DNA of 64,000 bases. Origin: a virus (taxonomy: Duplodnaviria; Caudoviricetes). The position numbers and the translations under genes were made by a program. The stretch lies in IMG/VR virus record IMGVR_UViG_2775507243_000004, positions 1 through 64,000 of that record; one strand, written 5' to 3'. Below, in pieces: positions 58,001 through 64,000 of this stretch (the stretch's first letter is position 1; every line of letters starts with the position of its first letter). The notes beneath the pieces were generated by a model. It was not told where the DNA came from. It did not search any database and saw only the letters and a list, made by a program, of their open reading frames with translations.

Positions 58001-58029
58001 AACAGCCTCCTATAAAAAAACAGCGGGCC

Positions 58030-58176
58030 TCAGCCCGCTTCATCACGATTCAGCCAGTGCCCGATCTCGCTAACCGGCACACTGCGTACCGTCTCACGCG
58101 ACCAGCCCAGCTCACGCGCCAGCCGTCTGGCTAACGGCCACCACTCATGGCTCCCTATCATCGCTAAGTAAACGAA
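58030..58176 (-). CDS. gpE'-like extension in the +1 frame
   Basis: LARELGWSRETVRSVPVSEIGHWL, open from TTT_CGT. Confidence 0.6.
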   Translation of the reverse strand, partial: FVYLAMIGSHEWWPLARRLARELGWSRETVRSVPVSEIGHWLNRDEAG

Positions 58177-58402
58177 AATAAGCGTCCTGCAGCTTTTTGT
58201 AATCGCGCAAGGTCAGCTGCCGCAGATCATTGGGCGCACAATCGCACAGCCGCGCAAACATCAGCTGTTCCCGCTCCGCATCGCTTTTGCCCAAGACCTG
58301 CACATCGAGTTGATCGCCCACCGTCGGCTCACGTAGCTGCAGCTGATTCACCAGCACATCGTTTAATTTAATGGCGGTGCTTAACTTAATCATTTCTTGC
58401 AT
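58145..58402 (-). CDS. Tail assembly chaperone
   Basis: LREPTVGD, DYKKLQDAYF. Confidence 0.85.
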   Translation of the reverse strand: MQEMIKLSTAIKLNDVLVNQLQLREPTVGDQLDVQVLGKSDAEREQLMFARLCDCAPNDLRQLTLRDYKKLQDAYFRLLSDDREP

Positions 58403-58443
58403 GATGGTTTCCTGATCGGCCCGCCGTGTGCGGGCCTTTGTGA

Positions 58444-58947
58444 TTAAAGGCCGATTGCGGCGCGCTCTGCGGCCAGCTCGTCATTGCCATTGATAATGCG
58501 GATTGCGTTGACCGGATCAATTTCAAAGATCACCCGGTTATCCACTTCCAGCTTGTAATAGCTCAGGCTGGCGCTGTACTTGGTTTCGCTTTTGTCCCCC
58601 GGCTTCCAGCTACCGGAATCCACTTCGGTCAGCAGGCCTCGCCAAGTCACGATCACCGCCATCACTGCGCCTTTCTGATCCGTGAATGCCCCCCGAAAAT
58701 TGCCGGCAAACAAGGTGCTGTCAGCAATCCCGAAGAAAGTCAGCGCTTCTGGGCTGACGCCGGCCAGCGTAAAACCGCACTCCAGTTTTTCCAGTCCCAT
58801 GGGCATATCGACTTCGGCATCCATCCCACCGGCCCGATAGGCATCTGTTTTGCGTTTTAACTTGGGCAGCGTAATTTCCATCACCCTGGCGGCAAAGCCA
58901 CGGCCATCGAGAAACATATTTAAATTGGTAAGAACTTGAGGAATCAT
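58444..58947 (-). CDS. Tail tube FII
   Basis: YRAGGM, WKPGDK, YYKL. Confidence 0.92.
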   Translation of the reverse strand: MIPQVLTNLNMFLDGRGFAARVMEITLPKLKRKTDAYRAGGMDAEVDMPMGLEKLECGFTLAGVSPEALTFFGIADSTLFAGNFRGAFTDQKGAVMAVIVTWRGLLTEVDSGSWKPGDKSETKYSASLSYYKLEVDNRVIFEIDPVNAIRIINGNDELAAERAAIGL

Positions 58948-58959
58948 CGTGTGCGCTCC

Positions 58960-60135
58960 TTAGCGGCCGAAGTCGAGGACTTCGGTGATCCATTGATTGG
59001 TCACTTCCACCTGGAAGACAGGGTTTTCAGCGGGCGGTACATCGGTAAAGCGGATGGTCCAATAAATACGTCCCTGCTCGATTGCGCTGGCGGTGTTTTT
59101 ATCCGGGTCCGGAAACACTTCAAAATTAATCACCGCCCCCAGCGCTTTAAGGTCGCGCATAAAAGCATCCAAGCCATCAGTCACATCTTTGACATAGGTT
59201 TTGGTAATTCCGCGATCCACCGCCCATTGATGGCCTTTGAGAATTGCATCCATCACCATATCCACGGTGCGCACCCGGGTGACAAAGCTCCACTTTGGAT
59301 CCGCCGACAAGGTACGGTTACCCCAGAGGCGAAAGCCGCCTTCGCGAATAATGGTGGTGATATGCGCTTCATTCAGCAGATTGGCGCGGCAGGTGGCATC
59401 GCCATAAAGATATTCAATCGGGCGCTTGGTCCCCAGCACTTCGCTGAATTCGGTATTAGACGGGCTGGCCCAGAAACCGACACTGGCATCCTGACGGGCA
59501 AACAAACCCGCAGTGGCCGCCGATGCGGGTGCATCGGCTTCGGCGCTCAGCTTGCTATCCCAAACCCGCAGGCCCGGATCCACCACATAGGAGCGCTTGC
59601 TGCCCAGATTTTTAACAAACGCCAGCGCCGCTTCATCGTCGGTATTGGGGCCGTCAATGATGGCGATCGCCCGCAGCTTATCGGCCAGTGAAACCATGGC
59701 AGAGGCCACGGCCGCACTGCTGCTGTGGCCCGGCGCCACAATCAGCCGCGGGGATTGATTGGTTTTAGATTTTGCATCCAGCAAAGCCTGTAAACCGGTG
59801 CGCTTACCCTTGGCATCAACGCCACCAATAATGGCGCTGGTCAGCTGTGCCGGCGTTTCAGCGGTTTGGCTGACGCCAACCGCTACCACTACGGCAGCAG
59901 CCTGGGCGTAGATTTCTTTGAGACGCTTAGCCATGGCGCTCTCTTCGCCAAACTGCGCTACGCCTTCCCGTAAATTGGTAATCAAAATGGGGGTATCTGC
60001 CGCAGCCAAACCCGCACCCGGTGTAAATGTATCGACAATGCCAATAATCGATGAAGACGGCAGCGCAATGACGCGCGGCCCTGTATCCACCAGCGTAACC
60101 GTCACGCCATGGAAAAAACCACCTGTTCCGGCCAT
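58960..60135 (-). CDS. Tail sheath FI
   Basis: FFHGV, GFWASPSN, WGNRT. Confidence 0.93.
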   Translation of the reverse strand: MAGTGGFFHGVTVTLVDTGPRVIALPSSSIIGIVDTFTPGAGLAAADTPILITNLREGVAQFGEESAMAKRLKEIYAQAAAVVVAVGVSQTAETPAQLTSAIIGGVDAKGKRTGLQALLDAKSKTNQSPRLIVAPGHSSSAAVASAMVSLADKLRAIAIIDGPNTDDEAALAFVKNLGSKRSYVVDPGLRVWDSKLSAEADAPASAATAGLFARQDASVGFWASPSNTEFSEVLGTKRPIEYLYGDATCRANLLNEAHITTIIREGGFRLWGNRTLSADPKWSFVTRVRTVDMVMDAILKGHQWAVDRGITKTYVKDVTDGLDAFMRDLKALGAVINFEVFPDPDKNTASAIEQGRIYWTIRFTDVPPAENPVFQVEVTNQWITEVLDFGR

Positions 60136-60212
60136 AGGGCCTCCTGAAAATAGGCGAAAAAAAACCGCCTTAGGGCGGGTGAAATAAATAAAAAACTTAT
60201 TAAAAAATGATT

Positions 60213-61565
60213 CTAAATAGGCTTAACCACAACGATCGCTGTGCCATCATTTAATACTTTGCGCACCTGGCCAATGGCCTGGCGATAGTCACCTGGCACT
60301 TGATCAATGTCGGCAGATGAGACCCAGCGGCCAGAAATACCTGCCCCCTTCGTAACTGGCAGCAGATAATCACCTAACTTTGCACCAGCCAGCAGTACCG
60401 GCACTTTGCCGCAATATGCAATCCGGTCAACATTGGCGCGGGCCGCCTCTAATTTAGCGTCCCAGACCGCCAGTTCCGCTTCATAGTCCTGCACCGCTTT
60501 GGCCTGTCTTAAATTTTCAGCCTCTAATAAACATGCATGTTCAGCCTGCTCACTCAGCCAGAGAAGGTGGTCCTCGTGATATTCACTGATTGCAGAATGA
60601 AACATATTGATATCACCATCAAACTGATCTGGTGCCGGACTTTGGGGTTCCATGCGTAACGCTGGCAGCTCAGGCACTGGTCGTTCTTGAGGTTTAAGGC
60701 CAACCACATTTTCATCTCCCCATGAATCACCACCGACAATGCTTGGATTGGTAGATTTAATGGCGAATGTGACTGCCTTAGAAAATTGATCCGTAATTAA
60801 ACCACCCGCATCAAAACCAATAATCTGACCGGCCAATACAGGCGCACATGTAGCAGCTTTATACTCATATTCGGCATAATCTGCGCCACTGGCATTAAGC
60901 GTTCCCCCCGCATTCAAAGAGCGCCCTGTCACTGAGTTTTTACCTAAAAGTACCCCTGCATTTGCAGCATTAATCCCCAGGGCGGTTACGGCTCTGAATT
61001 CAGCGGTTACATTGGAGCCCGCACCAAAGACTTGCGCAACGGCAACGCCTTCTGGCACCGACTTATAAAGCACATGGCAGGATGCTGAACCTATTCCTAA
61101 TAATAAGTTGCCAGCTTGATCCAATCGCATAGCCATGGGTGCATCTGCAACGCCATCAGCAGTGCCATTAGAGGTATAAAAAACTAAATCTCCGTCATTG
61201 CCACCACTCCCCATATTGACACGAGCAGAACGAATACCAGCTCCTCGGCCAAGATTTCTCGCGGAAGCATTAATGCCAAATGTCAATTCAGCGTAATCAC
61301 CTAAATTAGTCCCCCGTGTCAGATAAACACCTCCCCGCCCTGCCCCTGTAATCAGCTGTTCGCTGTTTAATTTTTTAAAGGCTCCATCTGCAGCATTACT
61401 TAGCCCGATTAGGCAAGCATCCAGCGTACTGTTTGTGATGGTTTTTCCCTCTACTACTTTGGCTTTGGCAATAGCCACGACCTGATCCATCCGATCATTC
61501 ACGCTACCCGTCAGGGCGGTTGTGGCCGTAACTAAATCCGCAACTTGAGACTCAAGCGTCGACAT
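60213..61565 (-). CDS. Tail fibre/spike with probable C-terminal autocleaving chaperone
   Basis: MSTLESQVADLV N-terminus; SGADYAEY and GKVPV resemble the peptidase G2 IMC domain. Confidence 0.6.
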   Translation of the reverse strand: MSTLESQVADLVTATTALTGSVNDRMDQVVAIAKAKVVEGKTITNSTLDACLIGLSNAADGAFKKLNSEQLITGAGRGGVYLTRGTNLGDYAELTFGINASARNLGRGAGIRSARVNMGSGGNDGDLVFYTSNGTADGVADAPMAMRLDQAGNLLLGIGSASCHVLYKSVPEGVAVAQVFGAGSNVTAEFRAVTALGINAANAGVLLGKNSVTGRSLNAGGTLNASGADYAEYEYKAATCAPVLAGQIIGFDAGGLITDQFSKAVTFAIKSTNPSIVGGDSWGDENVVGLKPQERPVPELPALRMEPQSPAPDQFDGDINMFHSAISEYHEDHLLWLSEQAEHACLLEAENLRQAKAVQDYEAELAVWDAKLEAARANVDRIAYCGKVPVLLAGAKLGDYLLPVTKGAGISGRWVSSADIDQVPGDYRQAIGQVRKVLNDGTAIVVVKPI

Positions 61566-61574
61566 ATTTAATCC

Positions 61575-62072
61575 TTATAGTTTTGTTTGAATAAGCATGT
61601 GCTGGGTTCGAATTAGCCCAGCGGCAAATTGGGTTAGTTCTTTAGCCAGCATCAGATTGATTGGCGCATTCATTGAAATAATATTGATACTGTCCGCCGG
61701 CACAGCACTCAGCGCTAAGTCATAAGCAAGCAGGTGCTTTTGCCCTGCTTTGTTGTAAACCAAAGGGGTATCCGGATGGCTCCATACCGCGATCAAAATA
61801 CCCGTATCCGAAATAAACCCCACCTCTCGAATCCAGAAGTCCTCGTTGCTGTCGAGCAGGGTGTTGACATGAATTTGCGTCGGGCCGACTTTCTCGCCCC
61901 CTGTGAGCGTGCGGCGGGCACGTTCGTTTTTTAAGGCTATTTGTGTGCGGTCAGGGCGATAAGCAGCATCGCCCACGGCAATGGCCGCGATCTTTATATC
62001 AAGGCCGGTGCTGCTGGCATTAAAACAAGCAGCCAGCCCCGCATCCGTCATCAGCGGAATAAGCGCACTCAT
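61575..62072 (-). CDS. Tail fibre N-terminal (collar) protein
   Basis: AVGD, ALKNE, WIREVG. Confidence 0.75.
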   Translation of the reverse strand: MSALIPLMTDAGLAACFNASSTGLDIKIAAIAVGDAAYRPDRTQIALKNERARRTLTGGEKVGPTQIHVNTLLDSNEDFWIREVGFISDTGILIAVWSHPDTPLVYNKAGQKHLLAYDLALSAVPADSINIISMNAPINLMLAKELTQFAAGLIRTQHMLIQTKL

Positions 62073-62698
62073 TGAATCTCCATCGCGATGCGAGTCAGGG
62101 TAAAAAAACAGGAGGCACTGGCAAGCGCCATTTCCTGCGTAAAAGCGAGCGGCGCCGCCTTAATATCAGCGCCAAAACGGCTGAGGGTTGTGAGATCGGC
62201 CCTGCTGGCCAAGGCCAGCGACTGATTAAATTGTGACCCCGTGATCAGCTCGTAATAACTACGAACAGGCTTAAGCTCATCGACCAGTGTTTTAATTTGC
62301 TGATATGTTTCTGGGCTCAGCGGCGCACCACCATCACGATTCTCATTGGCCCAGGCCATGAGCGAAAAACTATGCGGACTCCCTTTGGGCGATGTTTGCC
62401 ACCACTCGATCAAATCCACATTGATATTAAGCGCCGCCAGCGCCCCTTTAACCGCGCCGACGGTGCCCTTAATCCGATGCGTTGGCAGCGAATTAGCAAT
62501 CAAATCACGCTGCATTTGTTCGGTAATGGCCAGCTCCCACCCTTCAACAGATGCCCCCCATGCAAGTAAGGGCAAAAAGGGCACGGGGCAGAATTTAGCC
62601 GCCCCCAGGCAGGCAATGGGTGAGGGGTCCAGCTCTGAACAACAAGCACTTGATAAGGCCAGCTCAAGCGATGTGGCATTGGGAGGCAGTAAGCTCAT
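62069..62698 (-). CDS. Tail protein gpI
   Basis: SLLPPNA, LPLLAW, HRIKGT, EWWQ. Confidence 0.9.
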   Translation of the reverse strand: MSLLPPNATSLELALSSACCSELDPSPIACLGAAKFCPVPFLPLLAWGASVEGWELAITEQMQRDLIANSLPTHRIKGTVGAVKGALAALNINVDLIEWWQTSPKGSPHSFSLMAWANENRDGGAPLSPETYQQIKTLVDELKPVRSYYELITGSQFNQSLALASRADLTTLSRFGADIKAAPLAFTQEMALASASCFFTLTRIAMEIQ

Positions 62699-63660
62699 AT
62701 CGCCTCCAGCGTAATGCCCTCACACTGAGGAAAATGCCGTGCGTCACAAGTGATATCAGCCCCCGGCTCAGCCAGCGTGACACGGCGAACCCCAGCAATA
62801 TGCAAGGCAGCAAAAATGGCCGAGCGTGACAAAGTACCGCCCAGTTTTCTGGCGCTCTTCAGCGCGATTTCCAGCCTGTCTTTTGCCTCTGCCAGCACAG
62901 ACTGTGATGCAGGGCCATTTTCCAGCTCAATCTGTGCCGCCACCTTAAACCCGATCCTGCTGCCTGGCTGTACTCTGGGCCGGTCAGTCAGCGGCCTTAC
63001 ATCATCAGCAGAGAGTGCGGTTTGCACGGCGGCCGTTAAAACAGAACCATCAATATCGGGTGCATGTGGTAAAACCGTGACCGAAACATCCCCCGGTAAA
63101 GGCAACAACAAACCCGCATCATAAGTACAAGCCAAAACAAGGCTATCCGCTGGCAACTGATGGCGCAGCTCATCACTGATCGCTACCGCCATAAACACGG
63201 GGGCATCAATGGACACATCCGCAATCTGTGCCGACGCGCTCAAACTATGAAATAAATAAGCTCCGCGTGAACCGGCCACCGATAAACCTTCCAGCGCCAT
63301 CTGGCAGCGATAACGCAGACGCTCATCTTCTTCATAAACAGCCTCAAGTGGCGGCTCTGCATCCGGATTGGCGGGCGTCATCAACAGCCGGCTAACGCCA
63401 TAATCGGCGGCCTTATTGTCCAAATCGGTGCCCCGCGCATACGCCAGCATGGTGGACACAGCCGCATCATTCACCCAGGCCCGCAGCATCAGCTCCTGAT
63501 AGGCCGATAATTCCAGCAGTTTTACTACTGGGTCGCTTTCTAGCACCGCGCTCCAATCGGGATAAATCGCCTTAAACTGCGCCAGCTTACGGGCATAGAT
63601 CGCCTCAAAATCTAGCGTTTCCAGCAACTGTGGCGGCGGGAGTTGGCTTAAATCGATCAT
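62695..63660 (-). CDS. Baseplate gpJ
   Basis: IDLSQLPPP, SVAGS, VRPLTD. Confidence 0.92.
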   Translation of the reverse strand: MIDLSQLPPPQLLETLDFEAIYARKLAQFKAIYPDWSAVLESDPVVKLLELSAYQELMLRAWVNDAAVSTMLAYARGTDLDNKAADYGVSRLLMTPANPDAEPPLEAVYEEDERLRYRCQMALEGLSVAGSRGAYLFHSLSASAQIADVSIDAPVFMAVAISDELRHQLPADSLVLACTYDAGLLLPLPGDVSVTVLPHAPDIDGSVLTAAVQTALSADDVRPLTDRPRVQPGSRIGFKVAAQIELENGPASQSVLAEAKDRLEIALKSARKLGGTLSRSAIFAALHIAGVRRVTLAEPGADITCDARHFPQCEGITLEAI

Positions 63661-63983
63661 GCGGTCACCTCCAGCAACATGCTGTCGCCCAGATAAATCC
63701 CTGAAATTTTCATATTCACCCTGCCATCAATCACAGAAATAATCGTGACCTTGCTGACTTTAATCCGCGGCTCCCAGCGCACTAGATTGCGGGCGATCTC
63801 CGCTTGCGCCGCTGCAATCCAGCCCGCATTGACCGGCAAATCCACCATGCGTGGTAAATGGCTGCCATATTCTGGCCGCTCCCTGCGGCTGCCCAAGGGC
63901 GTGGTCAAAATATCGGCAATGGATTGAGCCAGATGAGCAGAGCCAGACATGAGCTGCCCTGTTGTGCGATCCATGCCCATCAT
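63657..63983 (-). CDS. Baseplate gpW (gp25-like)
   Basis: ILTTPLGSR..RPEYGS, WEPRI. Confidence 0.9.
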   Translation of the reverse strand: MMGMDRTTGQLMSGSAHLAQSIADILTTPLGSRRERPEYGSHLPRMVDLPVNAGWIAAAQAEIARNLVRWEPRIKVSKVTIISVIDGRVNMKISGIYLGDSMLLEVTA

Positions 63984-64000
63984 CGGATTAAGCCTCGCTG

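Larger units (their letters stand above)
32514..64000. mobile_element. Second prophage (or tailocin-like element) with cargo; continues past the window
   Basis: Contractile tail and lysis genes at 51263-63983; com-dam, umuDC and cargo run up to the att copy. Confidence 0.75.

Noticed and set aside
54581-58073. Many antisense ORFs opposite the tape measure (and similar ones opposite other GC-rich phage genes)
   Set aside because: Expected shadow ORFs from codon bias

Overview
Accessory region, probably from a betaproteobacterium (inferred from the protein families), made of two phage-derived elements that meet at a 45-bp 3' half of tRNA-Pro(GGG) (32514-32558). Left element: a phiCTX/P2-like prophage (cos, Q-P-O-N-M-L head, lysis, contractile tail, relBE, repressor switch, Ogr-like activator, rep A, integrase). 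It carries a PAAR-Tae4-Tai4 T6SS module between cos and the portal gene and a decaying attC cassette array left of cos; genes O and R are frameshifted. Right element: runs past the right edge and has an R-pyocin-like tail order, a lysis cassette, a VgrG-DUF4123-MIX effector-double immunity cluster, umuDC, com-dam and fic. At its att end lies the best candidate for an undescribed system: an AT-rich, tightly coupled five-gene operon (metallophosphoesterase, atypical dTMP kinase, Cys-less thymidylate-synthase-fold protein, MazG-like pyrophosphatase, dUMP-hydroxymethylase-like thymidylate synthase), possibly a nucleotide-modifying anti-phage system. All calls come from motif recognition by eye; no database searches were run.
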